Shown here in pieces: positions 1 to 9,143 of a stretch of DNA of 64,000 nucleotides (the first letter of the stretch is position 1; each line of letters starts with the position of its first letter). The position numbers and the translations under genes were made by a program. This stretch comes from Candidatus Saccharimonadota bacterium (GTDB taxonomy: Bacteria; Patescibacteriota; Saccharimonadia; Saccharimonadales; UBA4665): positions 566,567 through 630,566 of the forward strand of contig JAQBRT010000001.1 of NCBI GenBank assembly GCA_028286345.1, read 5' to 3'. The notes under the pieces were generated by a model. The model worked only from the letters and a program-made list of their open reading frames with translations, did not search any database and was not told the DNA's origin.

Positions 1-1
1 A

Positions 2-193
2 GTTTTTGGTGAAGTTGGCCTATCCGGCGAAGTCCGTCATGTGCCCCAAGCCGAAAAACGGTTATCGGAGGCCACCAAACTTGGCTTTGATGGTGCCATC
101 GGGCCTATCCAAAAGTCCGGCAAAAAGCTTACTAAACTAAGCGGCGTTGCCGATGTCCGCGATGCGCTCAACAAGTTTCTCGAAAAAGACTAG
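2..193 (+). CDS. radA: DNA repair protein RadA/Sms, C-terminal fragment (5' part lies outside the window)
   Basis: Frame-2 translation VFGEVGLSGEVRHVPQAEKRLSEATKLGFDGAIGP...NKFLEKD*, ending at TAG 191-193, resembles the conserved Lon-like C-terminal end of RadA. Confidence 0.7.
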   Translation, partial: VFGEVGLSGEVRHVPQAEKRLSEATKLGFDGAIGPIQKSGKKLTKLSGVADVRDALNKFLEKD

Positions 194-3100
194 GGGCTTC
201 TAGTAACTGTGACTTGCGGCGAATCATTGCCTTCACTGTCTTCAACATAGAAAGTGTAGGTTCCGAGGCCAGCCATAGACTGATTACAGCTAACACCACC
301 ATTACTGGTACAGCCATTACTAAATGCGCCATTACCTTTTTTGATCTTAACTGTAAAGGTGGTATTGAGTTTGGTTGCTGTCCAGCTAATCACCGTGCTT
401 GTTTGTTTTATTGTGTCCCCGTTGTTGGGGCTGGTTACCGTTATTGCTTGGTTGACCACCACCCCGTAAGAAAAATTTGCTGAGTCACTCCCCGAATAGA
501 GGACGCTGTCGGTCGCTGTCGCCGTTATTGTGCCACTACCATCTGAACTCGGACTATAGGTGAAAGATACCGTACTTGGTGAATCGCCGAGAGCCTGGCT
601 GTTGATGGTTTGCCCACCCAGCGTGAAGGTAATTGTACCTGGGAATTGCGGGTACTGGGCATCGTTGAGCGGGTGCGTACCTTGGGTAACGGTGGCAGTT
701 ATGGTACAGCTGCCGGTACAGGTGTCGGGAACAGTTAAGGTGACCGTAGGCTTGCTGTCGTTACAGTTATGGACGTCATCGGTCTGGACGGTGCCGGTGC
801 TGGAGGTACTATTGCCATCGCTGACGCTAGTCTTACCACCGTTAAAGATATCAACATTCCAGAACTGGACATTGCCGTTGGTGACGGTGTCCTTGGCAAG
901 GTCAGGCGTACAGCTGGTGGCAACTTTTCCGGAAACCTTGTCGTTGGTTTGCGATGTAGATTTGCCAGACTTATTACCGCCGACGTACCAGCCAGGGTAA
1001 AGGTCGTTGGTTGGGCTTGGTACGGTGTTAGTGGCGTAAATTGGCGTGCGGAGTACAAATGCCGGTGCAGATTTAACAGTTGTTGGCTGCTTCCAGTTAG
1101 CTGGCTTGAGGTCTTTGTGGGCGTACTCCATCCAGCCGCGGGTAATTGGTTCGGTCAGGCTTTCCATAGAAGTGGTGTTAAGGGCTACGTGGCGCGTGTG
1201 GTGGCCAACCCAGGTGACAATGGCGTACTTGGTTGACCAACTGGTCATGAGGCCGTCGTAGTTGTCGTTGGTGGTACCGGTTTTAATGCCAAACTGCCAG
1301 CCGTTGTAGCGGTGGAACTTACCGCCGCGGACAGATGAGGAACAGTTTGTATCGGTACATGATCCAGATAGGTAGCTGGCTTTCCAGTCGCTGGCCATAT
1401 CATCGACAATGTAGGCAGCGTCAGCCCGCACAACCTGCTTGGCCGCTGGCTGCTTCCACTGGTAGACATTCTTTTGGTTAGCATCGGTAACTTTTATGAT
1501 GAAGGTGCGGGGTATGGCTTGGCCAAGCCGGGCGAGGGTAGCAATACCGTTAACATGGTCATCTAGGCGCAAGTAGGCACCATCACCGATGGCAGAGGCA
1601 AGGTAACATTGCTTGGTAACGGTCAGCGCCTCATCCTGGTAACAGTTATAGCTGTTGCGCTTTTTACTCTGGTCGTAGCTGTTGGCCATCATGGCTGAGG
1701 CTGTTTCGATAACTTTATTAATCGAGTTAACGCGGCCCTTGCTGGTATCGTTTGGCAATGCCGAGATCATGGCTTTAGCAGCTGGAATGTTACGCGAGTT
1801 ACCTAGGGCGTAACGCAGAGTTTCTGGCCCAGGGAATTTACGGTCATAGTCGTAGAGGTATGGCACGGTACCGCTTGGGCAATCTGGTGACGTGTAGCTT
1901 GGGACAATTGAACAAGTACCCTCGTAGTTCGGCAATGACGTCTTAGAGTCATAGAGAACCGAGCCGGCACCGACGTTATTGTTATTGTTAAGGAGCGTTA
2001 CGTAGTCATATGGCTTAAAGCTGGAGCCTGGCGGCAGTTTGATGCCGGCGGCAAAGTTGTTCTGGCCAAAGGCGGCATTATTAAAGTCTACACCGCCCAC
2101 CAGTGATACGATCTGGCCGGTTTGGACATCTTCGGCAACAGTTGCCTCGTTATCACCACCTACGCGCTCGACGTTTGCAAGGTTAGAGGCAACAAGGTCT
2201 TCGGCTTTATTCTGGAGGTCAAGGTTAAGCGTGGTGACGACCGACCAACCGCCGCGTGCAACCAAGGTCGAGCCAAAGCGTTGCTGCAGTTCCTGCTTAG
2301 CGGCTAGGACAAAGTATGGTGCTTTAATGCCCTGATACTTAGGCGTCTGCTGCTGGACGGTTGCCAGGATATCAACTTTCTTGGCTTCTTCGGCTTGGGC
2401 TTTTGTGATATAGCCCTGGGCCACCATTTTATCGAGGATGTAGTGCTGGCGGCCAATTAAGGCGTTGGCCCCAAAGTTATCAACGGTTGCGGACGGGTTG
2501 TACTTAGGGCTGGCGTATGGCGAATAGTAACCAGGTGCCTGTGGCATAGCGGCGAGCATACTGGCCTGGGCCAGTGTTAGGTCTTTGGCATCGGTGTGGA
2601 AGTAATCCCGTGCAGCCGTTTCTACGCCATAGTCCACGCCACCATACGGTGCGATGTTTAGGTAACCAGTTAAGATTTCGTCTTTGGTGTACTCGCGCTC
2701 TAGCTCAACAGCTAGGATAAGTTCCTTGACCTTGCGGGTAATCGTGCGGTTATCGGTCCAGTTCTGGTTGAGCTTTACGAGCTGCTGGGTGATTGATGAA
2801 CCACCCTGAACGCTGCCGCCGCCTCCAATAACGTCGTGGACGCCGGCACGCATAATGCCACGGACGTCAAAAGCGCCGTGCTTATAAAAGTCCTTATCTT
2901 CAATAGCGACAGTTGCCTGGCGCATATATGTAGAGATTTGATTGCCTTCAACTGGCACGCGCTTAACGGCGTCATAATCTTGCCACAGCACAGTTTTACC
3001 GGTGCGGTCGTAATAAGTAATGCTGCCACCAAAAGTGGCGCTGGAAACATTCTTAAGTTTAGGCAGGTCCTTACGGAAGTAAGCAAACATGCCAATAATA

Positions 3101-3393
3101 AGGAAGAAACCAACGATAATAGATATGCCGACGATTTTGAGGGCCATAATACCGCCCTCACGGCTAAACCAGTAGGTTGCTAGGCGCTGCGGGTGTAAAC
3201 GGTAAGCGATTCGGTGTATGCGGCCTTTTGGAAGCGTACTGAGGTAGGTTGCCTTATTAGTGGCACGGGCGAGCTTGCTCGCTTTCAGACGGTCACTGAG
3301 CGAGTGGTGAACTTTGATAGTTTTTCCACTTTTTGTCGTAAACTCACTTTTCGGGCGGCGCTTGCGGCCACTTGATCCACGGGTTGCATTCAT
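190..3393 (-). CDS. Class A penicillin-binding protein (glycosyltransferase + transpeptidase, PBP1A family) with a long C-terminal Thr/Ser/Cys-rich extension
   Basis: 1067-aa ORF with a basic N-terminal tail and a TM helix (ALKIVGISIIVGFFLIIGMFAYF). GT51 motifs RQATVAIEDKDFYKHGAFD and GGSSITQQLVK are present. Transpeptidase motifs are SSFK (SxxK), SRN and KTGTT. Confidence 0.9.
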   Translation of the reverse strand: MNATRGSSGRKRRPKSEFTTKSGKTIKVHHSLSDRLKASKLARATNKATYLSTLPKGRIHRIAYRLHPQRLATYWFSREGGIMALKIVGISIIVGFFLIIGMFAYFRKDLPKLKNVSSATFGGSITYYDRTGKTVLWQDYDAVKRVPVEGNQISTYMRQATVAIEDKDFYKHGAFDVRGIMRAGVHDVIGGGGSVQGGSSITQQLVKLNQNWTDNRTITRKVKELILAVELEREYTKDEILTGYLNIAPYGGVDYGVETAARDYFHTDAKDLTLAQASMLAAMPQAPGYYSPYASPKYNPSATVDNFGANALIGRQHYILDKMVAQGYITKAQAEEAKKVDILATVQQQTPKYQGIKAPYFVLAAKQELQQRFGSTLVARGGWSVVTTLNLDLQNKAEDLVASNLANVERVGGDNEATVAEDVQTGQIVSLVGGVDFNNAAFGQNNFAAGIKLPPGSSFKPYDYVTLLNNNNNVGAGSVLYDSKTSLPNYEGTCSIVPSYTSPDCPSGTVPYLYDYDRKFPGPETLRYALGNSRNIPAAKAMISALPNDTSKGRVNSINKVIETASAMMANSYDQSKKRNSYNCYQDEALTVTKQCYLASAIGDGAYLRLDDHVNGIATLARLGQAIPRTFIIKVTDANQKNVYQWKQPAAKQVVRADAAYIVDDMASDWKASYLSGSCTDTNCSSSVRGGKFHRYNGWQFGIKTGTTNDNYDGLMTSWSTKYAIVTWVGHHTRHVALNTTSMESLTEPITRGWMEYAHKDLKPANWKQPTTVKSAPAFVLRTPIYATNTVPSPTNDLYPGWYVGGNKSGKSTSQTNDKVSGKVATSCTPDLAKDTVTNGNVQFWNVDIFNGGKTSVSDGNSTSSTGTVQTDDVHNCNDSKPTVTLTVPDTCTGSCTITATVTQGTHPLNDAQYPQFPGTITFTLGGQTINSQALGDSPSTVSFTYSPSSDGSGTITATATDSVLYSGSDSANFSYGVVVNQAITVTSPNNGDTIKQTSTVISWTATKLNTTFTVKIKKGNGAFSNGCTSNGGVSCNQSMAGLGTYTFYVEDSEGNDSPQVTVTRSP

Positions 3394-3544
3394 AAGTGTT
3401 TTATCTGTCTCCCTCTCAAGATATCAACTCTTAGTATAGCAAACACGGCCCGCAAAACGGTCACGTTTTTATCTTAAATATTGCTGAGGGTGTAATCAGA
3501 TGGCGGCTTACGGTATACTAGGGGTAACATTACTAGGAATAACA

Positions 3545-4792
3545 ATGACCCTATCCGAAGAGCTTGCCTGGCGCGGCTTCATAAACCAGACAACCTATAA
3601 AGATACTGCAGTAATCGACCAAGCTGCGCCCAAGTTCTATATGGGCTTTGATGCTTCGGCAGACTCGCAGACTGTTGGTAACCTGGCGGCTATGATGTTT
3701 GTAAAAACTTTTCTCCGCCATGGTGCCGAAGGCGTTTTACTGGCCGGCGGCTCCACCAGCCTCATTGGTGACCCGGGCGGCAAAGATGCCGAGCGCCCAC
3801 TGCAAGATGAATCTGTTATTGCGCAGAACGTCGCCAAGGCCGGTGAACAGCTCAAAGCTGTACTCCGTGGCCATGATTTTGAACTAGTCAACAACCTGGA
3901 CTGGACGCGTGGCCTAACAGTTATCCCGTTCCTGCGTGATATTGGTAAGCACTTTAGTATGACGCCACTGGTACAGCGCGATTACATCGCCAAGCGCATC
4001 GGCGAAGGCGGTGCAGGCATCAGCTACACTGAGTTTAGCTACACCATCCTCCAAGGCTTAGACTACCTGCATTTATTTGATAACAAAGGCGTCACGCTAC
4101 AACTGGGCGGTTCCGACCAATGGGGCAACTGCCTAAGTGGCGTCGAACTCATCCGCCGTGCCCGCGGCCAAGAAGTAAATGTCATGACCCTAAACCTCAT
4201 TATTAATAAAGCCACCGGCAAGAAGTTTGGTAAAACAGAATCTGGTGCTGTCTGGCTGGACCCGGCAAAAACCTCACCGACCCAGTTTTACCAGTTCTGG
4301 ATCAACAGTGATGATGAAGGGGTTGAAGAGTACTTAAAAGTATTTACCGAACTTGATAAAGGCGCTGTTGACGCCGTTATGGCTGAGCACCGCGCCAACC
4401 CTGCAGCCCGGATTGCCCAAACCCGCTTAGCCCAAGAGGTTACCAGCCTGGTGCATGGCGAGCCAGCAGAAGTTATTGCAGCCCAAGTCACCGATGTTTT
4501 AACGGGCAAAAAGACTATTGATGCCGTAGATGACCCAACATTGCTAGCACTACGCGATGAAATCCCAAGCGCAACAACGTCAGAATCCGGCTCGGTAGTC
4601 GACGCTTTAGTATCGACTAACCTTGCTAGCTCCAATACCGAGGCCCGCCGCCTAATAGACGGCAATGCCATTAGTATTAACGGCGTTAAAGTTGACCGCG
4701 AGCAGTTTGAGCCAGCCGACTTCCAGAACGGCCGCCTGCTGCTCAAGCGGGGCAAAGCATTTAAAGATTCAGCACTCATTGAACGCGCATAA
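3545..4792 (+). CDS. tyrS: Tyrosine--tRNA ligase (TyrRS) with C-terminal S4-like domain; degenerate HIGH motif
   Basis: AWRGFINQTT N-terminus, GGSTSLIGDPGGK, LQLGGSDQWGN and KFGKTESG (the KMSKS equivalent). The ATG at 3545 gives the canonical N-terminus; the track ORF starts at 3500. Confidence 0.9.
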   Translation: MTLSEELAWRGFINQTTYKDTAVIDQAAPKFYMGFDASADSQTVGNLAAMMFVKTFLRHGAEGVLLAGGSTSLIGDPGGKDAERPLQDESVIAQNVAKAGEQLKAVLRGHDFELVNNLDWTRGLTVIPFLRDIGKHFSMTPLVQRDYIAKRIGEGGAGISYTEFSYTILQGLDYLHLFDNKGVTLQLGGSDQWGNCLSGVELIRRARGQEVNVMTLNLIINKATGKKFGKTESGAVWLDPAKTSPTQFYQFWINSDDEGVEEYLKVFTELDKGAVDAVMAEHRANPAARIAQTRLAQEVTSLVHGEPAEVIAAQVTDVLTGKKTIDAVDDPTLLALRDEIPSATTSESGSVVDALVSTNLASSNTEARRLIDGNAISINGVKVDREQFEPADFQNGRLLLKRGKAFKDSALIERA

Positions 4793-4823
4793 TCGGCGCA
4801 TATAATAAATATAAGGAACAACT

Positions 4824-5621
4824 ATGGCAAAAACGGCAAGCAAAACACCATCATCAGTAGGAAAACGGGCGCCTAAAAAGGCTGACCACTATAACGACCC
4901 GGAACATAACTATCTCCGCTATTGGGATGGCCGCCAGTACGAGCACGCCGCCGAGGAAATTGCCATTCGCAAACTACTCCGTGGCCGCCACTTTAGGCAC
5001 GCTGTCGACATCGGTGGCGGCTATGGCCGTTTATGCGTCTTCCTGAAGCGCTTTGCAGATCGTGTTACTTTGGCAGAGCCATCACAGAAACAGCTAGACA
5101 TCGCCAAAGACTTCCTTAAAGACCATCCAGAAGTTGACCGCAAACTAATGCAGGCTGACCAACTAGACTTTGCCGATGGTAGTATCGACCTTATCACCAT
5201 GATCCGGGTTATGCACCACCTGCCAGACCCCACAGTTGAGTTTTCCGAGATATCCCGCGTCCTGAGCGACGATGGCTACGCCATTATCGAAGTTGCTAAC
5301 TACTTGCACATCCGCAACCGGCTCAAGCACTTACTCAAGGGTGAGCGCATGCCTGTTAAGCCCGTCGATATCCGTTCTACTAACCACAAACACGACGATG
5401 ACATTGCATTCGTAAACCACAACCCACACACTGTCATCCGTCAGTTAGAACACGCTGGCCTGCATGTGATCTCATCGCTTTCGGTATCTAATTTGCGCAG
5501 TGTCCGCCTCAAGAAGATTGTCCCACGCGAGATTATGCTGGGCGCCGAAAAAGTCGTCCAACGCCCACTGGCGCTAGTTTACTTTGGCCCAAGTATCTTC
5601 CTGCTTGTCCGCAAGGGCTAG
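4824..5621 (+). CDS. Class I SAM-dependent methyltransferase
   Basis: 265-aa ORF with the glycine-rich SAM motif VDIGGGYGRL and the downstream acidic/hydrophobic motifs typical of the Methyltransf_11/25 fold. AAGGAA RBS upstream. Confidence 0.7.
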   Translation: MAKTASKTPSSVGKRAPKKADHYNDPEHNYLRYWDGRQYEHAAEEIAIRKLLRGRHFRHAVDIGGGYGRLCVFLKRFADRVTLAEPSQKQLDIAKDFLKDHPEVDRKLMQADQLDFADGSIDLITMIRVMHHLPDPTVEFSEISRVLSDDGYAIIEVANYLHIRNRLKHLLKGERMPVKPVDIRSTNHKHDDDIAFVNHNPHTVIRQLEHAGLHVISSLSVSNLRSVRLKKIVPREIMLGAEKVVQRPLALVYFGPSIFLLVRKG

Positions 5622-5627
5622 TATACT
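5622..5627 (+). promoter_or_regulatory. -10 box TATACT placed 7 nt upstream of the recG ATG (putative leaderless promoter)
   Basis: TATACT at 5622-5627, spacer aacggta, ATG at 5635. No Shine-Dalgarno sequence in between. Confidence 0.4.
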
Positions 5628-5634
5628 AACGGTA

Positions 5635-7671
5635 ATGACGCTCGATTCGCCACTGACTGATTTAAAGGGAGTTGGCGACGCACTAGCTGCAAAGTTCGCC
5701 GTTATTGGCGTGCGCACCATCGGCGAGCTGATAGACTACTACCCGCGGCGCTACGAGGACTACTCGGTACTTACGCCTATTGCCCAGTTGCAGCCTGGCG
5801 CAGTCACTATTTCCGTAACTATTAAACAAGCAATCGGCCGCTACGTCCGGCGCGGCATGCATATTACTGAGGCCGCAGCCAGCGACGAATCTGGCAGTGT
5901 CCGCCTTATCTGGTTTAACCAGCCTTACCGGGCGGCCGCCCTCAAGCCTGGCCAGCAGTACTTTGTGTCGGGCGTGTTTGAGCTGAGCCACCAACGGTTT
6001 GCCATTATGAATCCTAGCGTTGAGCTAGCCAGCGAGTTTCCCGTTAACACCGCCCGGATTGTTCCGGTATACCGTGAAACAAAAGGCTTAACCTCGCGCC
6101 AAATCCGCACCGCGCTGCGCCAAGCTATGCCACTAATCACGTCGCTGCCAGAAACTCTGCCTACCTGGATTACCAAGCAGCAAAAGCTGGTTAGCCGCAG
6201 CGAGGCGCTAAGGGCTATGCATTTTCCGGAATCAGCCGACCAACTGGCCGCTGCCAAGCTACGGCTTGGCTTTGAGGAAGTCTTCCAGCTATCGCTCGCC
6301 AGCCTCCTCAACAAGCAGGAAAACCAGCACGAAACCGCACTAACGATCGATTTTAAAGAGCAGTTAGCCAAAGACTTTGTTGGCCACCTGCCATTTACGT
6401 TGACCAATGACCAGCGCAAAGTAATCTGGCAAATCTACCTGGATTTGCAGAAAGCTGAACCCATGAACCGGCTAGTCGAGGGCGATGTTGGCTCGGGCAA
6501 GACCGTTGTTGCGACCATGGCTGCCCTGATGGCCTTAGAGCAGGGTTACCAGGTGGCGCTAATGGCACCTACGGAGCTTTTGGCCCGCCAGCACGCCGAT
6601 ACGATTCACCGCTTGCTTAAACCACTCGGCAAAGAAGGGCAGGTTGACCTGCTGGTTGGCAGCCTTACATCTGCCCAAAAAGCTAAAGCCCGGGCCGCAA
6701 TCGCAGCTGGCCAAGCGCAGTTTATTATTGGCACCCAGGCGCTTATCCAAGAACAGGTCGATATGCACAAGCTGGCACTGGTAATCATCGACGAGCAGCA
6801 CCGTTTTGGCGTTGACCAGCGCAAGACCCTTATGGCCAAAGCTGGCCACATGCCGCACGTGCTCAGCCTAACGGCCACGCCAATTCCGCGCTCTTTGGCG
6901 CTTACACTGTACGGTGAGCTTGATATTTCGGTGATTGCCACCAAGCCGGCCAACCGGTTACCGATTATTACTAAGATTACATCTCCCAACTCCCGGCCCC
7001 AGCTGTATGCCAAAATTGACGAACAACTAGAAGCTGGCCGGCAAATGTTTGTTGTTTGTCCGCTAATTAGCGAATCCGAGATGTTACAAGCAAACTCCGC
7101 AGAAAAAATCTTTGAGCAGCTCAGCAAAAAAGACTTTAAACACCGGCGTGTAGGGCTGCTGCACGGCAAACTGAAGCCTGCCGACAAGCAGCAGGCCATG
7201 AAAGATTTAGTTGACCACAAACTAGACATACTAGTTTCTACGACTGTTATTGAAGTTGGCGTTGATGTGCCCAACGCGACCGTCCTGCTGCTGGAGGGCG
7301 CCGAGCGCTTTGGCTTAGCCCAGGCGCACCAACTGCGCGGCCGGGTCGGTCGTGGCGAGCACCAAGGCTACTGCTACCTAATGATGGGTGATTCGGCCGC
7401 ACCAACTAAGCGGATGCGGGCACTCGAAAGCTCCAATGATGGCTTTCGTCTGGCCGAACTCGACCTTGAGCTACGCGGACCAGGCGCTATATATGGCACC
7501 ATGCAACACGGCCAATTGGATCTGCGTGTCGCTAAGTTATCTGATACAAAACTGATTGCCGCCGCCCGTACAGCCGCCCAAAAATTCATCGATAAAGAAG
7601 AAGATTTGTTACACTATAGCTCGTTAGCCTCGCAGGTTGCACGCCTGCGGGCTGTCACAAACCTAAACTAA
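5635..7671 (+). CDS. recG: ATP-dependent DNA helicase RecG
   Basis: Walker A GDVGSGKT, DEQH box (IIDEQHRFGV), TATPIPRSL and QLRGRVGRG, plus an N-terminal wedge/OB region. The start is moved to ATG 5635, because the 5584 extension overlaps the upstream gene. Confidence 0.9.
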   Translation: MTLDSPLTDLKGVGDALAAKFAVIGVRTIGELIDYYPRRYEDYSVLTPIAQLQPGAVTISVTIKQAIGRYVRRGMHITEAAASDESGSVRLIWFNQPYRAAALKPGQQYFVSGVFELSHQRFAIMNPSVELASEFPVNTARIVPVYRETKGLTSRQIRTALRQAMPLITSLPETLPTWITKQQKLVSRSEALRAMHFPESADQLAAAKLRLGFEEVFQLSLASLLNKQENQHETALTIDFKEQLAKDFVGHLPFTLTNDQRKVIWQIYLDLQKAEPMNRLVEGDVGSGKTVVATMAALMALEQGYQVALMAPTELLARQHADTIHRLLKPLGKEGQVDLLVGSLTSAQKAKARAAIAAGQAQFIIGTQALIQEQVDMHKLALVIIDEQHRFGVDQRKTLMAKAGHMPHVLSLTATPIPRSLALTLYGELDISVIATKPANRLPIITKITSPNSRPQLYAKIDEQLEAGRQMFVVCPLISESEMLQANSAEKIFEQLSKKDFKHRRVGLLHGKLKPADKQQAMKDLVDHKLDILVSTTVIEVGVDVPNATVLLLEGAERFGLAQAHQLRGRVGRGEHQGYCYLMMGDSAAPTKRMRALESSNDGFRLAELDLELRGPGAIYGTMQHGQLDLRVAKLSDTKLIAAARTAAQKFIDKEEDLLHYSSLASQVARLRAVTNLN

Positions 7672-7674
7672 TAT

Positions 7675-8457
7675 ATGTACGCTATTGTTATCCATGCTCA
7701 CCAAAAACTTGACCGGATCTCCCACCGGCACTTATTAAACTTGTTGCCAAAAGGCACGTTTTTCCCATCACTTAAAGATGTGTTGCACTTTGAAGGCAGC
7801 AATGGCCCGGACGCCGTAAAGCTCAAAAAAGACACCCGCGTTGAGCAGCCATGGCACTTCATTGACCCAAGCGACGAAGACGACGTCCATCTTCAAGGAT
7901 CCATTACACACCATTACGACGGCTTGGTTAAAGCCCTAAAAGCTAAAGACGAGGTCCGCTCAGCCTTTGAGGCGGCCTGGCTGGCCCACGCCCTGGTTGA
8001 CGGCCTAACACCTGCACACCACTACCCGTATGAACAGGAACTGGCCGAACTCCGCGGCGAAGAACGCCACACCCGCAAAGGTATTATTGGCCGTGGCTTT
8101 ATTAAAGGTGACAACCTGGGCCAAACCATCAAGCACAGTTTGCGTTTGGTGGGTCCCAAAGGGCTACTAACTACTCACACTGCTTTTGAGGCCGGAGCTT
8201 ACGCTATTATTATGCCCCTGTCACTCAAGCGGGCCCTGCCATCGGACCAGGACCTGCAAGCCGTTACCAACCACGGTATCCTCGGCCTGTTCAGCCAAAT
8301 GGTCAAAGAGGTTGACGAGCTGAAAATCTACGACCGTTTCATTGCCGATGGCTGGACCCAGCGCCTCAGTCGTGATGTCCGCCAAGAACTGGCCCCGAGA
8401 ATGGTACGCATGGTGCTGCTGGCCTGGTACGCTGCAGCCGAGGAGGCACGGGCATGA
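7675..8457 (+). CDS. Hypothetical His-rich protein (possible metal-dependent enzyme)
   Basis: 260-aa ORF tightly packed between recG and rsmD, with an ATGA stop/start overlap with rsmD. Contains the motif AWLAHALVDGLTPAHHYPYE. No family confidently recognised. Confidence 0.6.
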   Translation: MYAIVIHAHQKLDRISHRHLLNLLPKGTFFPSLKDVLHFEGSNGPDAVKLKKDTRVEQPWHFIDPSDEDDVHLQGSITHHYDGLVKALKAKDEVRSAFEAAWLAHALVDGLTPAHHYPYEQELAELRGEERHTRKGIIGRGFIKGDNLGQTIKHSLRLVGPKGLLTTHTAFEAGAYAIIMPLSLKRALPSDQDLQAVTNHGILGLFSQMVKEVDELKIYDRFIADGWTQRLSRDVRQELAPRMVRMVLLAWYAAAEEARA

Positions 8458-8984
8458 GAATTATTGCCGGGTCATTAGGCGGACGCAACTTTAACAGCAC
8501 CCATGGCCACCGCACTCATCCCATGAGCGACAAAATCCGCGGTGCGCTATTTAACGCGCTAGGAGACATCCATGGCCTTAGCGTCCTCGATGCCTACGCC
8601 GGCACCGGTGCCATTGCCTTTGAGGCCGCCAGCCGAGGTGCATCGCGGGTGGTGGCGATTGATATTGATAAGCTTGCCCAGCGCGCCATAGGCGAAAGTA
8701 TTGCCTCACTTGGCGTAGAAGATCAGGTGACACTTGTCCGTGGCGCCGCTAAATCATGGATCCGTAAGTCGCACGAGCAGTTTGATATTACTGTTTTTGA
8801 CCCGCCATATGATGACATGCAGCTACCAGTTATCGAACGCCTGAACAGCATCACCAAAGTTGGAGGTATCGCCGTTTACTCTCTGCCGCCCCAGGCTCGT
8901 CTGATCATGCCAGATAACTTTGAACTGATCCAACAAAAAGACTACGGCGACGCCACGCTATCGTTTTACCGCCGCACAAGCTAA
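8454..8984 (+). CDS. rsmD: 16S rRNA (guanine966-N2)-methyltransferase RsmD
   Basis: SAM motif DAYAGTGAIAFEAASRGA and the DPPY motif (VFDPPYDD). The 176-aa size is typical. Confidence 0.85.
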   Translation: MRIIAGSLGGRNFNSTHGHRTHPMSDKIRGALFNALGDIHGLSVLDAYAGTGAIAFEAASRGASRVVAIDIDKLAQRAIGESIASLGVEDQVTLVRGAAKSWIRKSHEQFDITVFDPPYDDMQLPVIERLNSITKVGGIAVYSLPPQARLIMPDNFELIQQKDYGDATLSFYRRTS

Positions 8985-9035
8985 GCATCGCAAGCTTGGT
9001 AATCCGCCCAGAACAGGGTAGAATAGGCTAGTTCT

Positions 9036-9119
9036 GCGGATGTGGTGAAATGGTAGACACGCCAGTTTTAGGAGCTGGTGCCGCAAGGCGTGGAGGTTCA
9101 AGTCCTCTCATCCGCACCA
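9036..9119 (+). tRNA. tRNA-Leu (anticodon TAG), long variable arm, encoded CCA
   Basis: Acceptor GCGGATG/CATCCGC. The anticodon stem CCAGT/GCTGG carries the loop TTTAGGA. Long variable arm, T-loop GGTTCAAGTCC, and 3' ACCA. Confidence 0.9.
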
Positions 9120-9128
9120 TTATTATCG

Positions 9129-9137
9129 TGTTATAGT
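9129..9137 (+). promoter_or_regulatory. Extended -10 promoter TGtTATAGT, 6 nt upstream of ATG 9144
   Basis: TG at 9129-9130, TATAGT at 9132-9137, spacer ttttat, ATG at 9144. Confidence 0.4.
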
Positions 9138-9143
9138 TTTTAT

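Noticed and set aside
190-193. The convergent radA and PBP genes share their stop codons (CTAG read on both strands).
   Set aside because: This is real but trivial compaction with no obvious functional implication.
3394-3544. T-box or other riboswitch leaders upstream of tyrS, hisS (12458-12484) and trpS.
   Set aside because: The spacers are too short for a T-box (about 200-300 nt), and I saw no specifier-loop or T-box consensus.
8455-8457. Possible alternative genetic code with TGA recoded, as in some CPR lineages.
   Set aside because: TGA closes well-defined genes at 8455-8457, 10721-10723 and 51209-51211, and no conserved protein needs read-through of an in-frame TGA. The standard code 11 fits.
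9078-9143. 5' extension of the 97-aa track ORF across tRNA-Leu.
   Set aside because: It overlaps the 3' half of a well-formed tRNA. The ORF is trimmed to ATG 9144, which has an extended -10 box 6 nt upstream.
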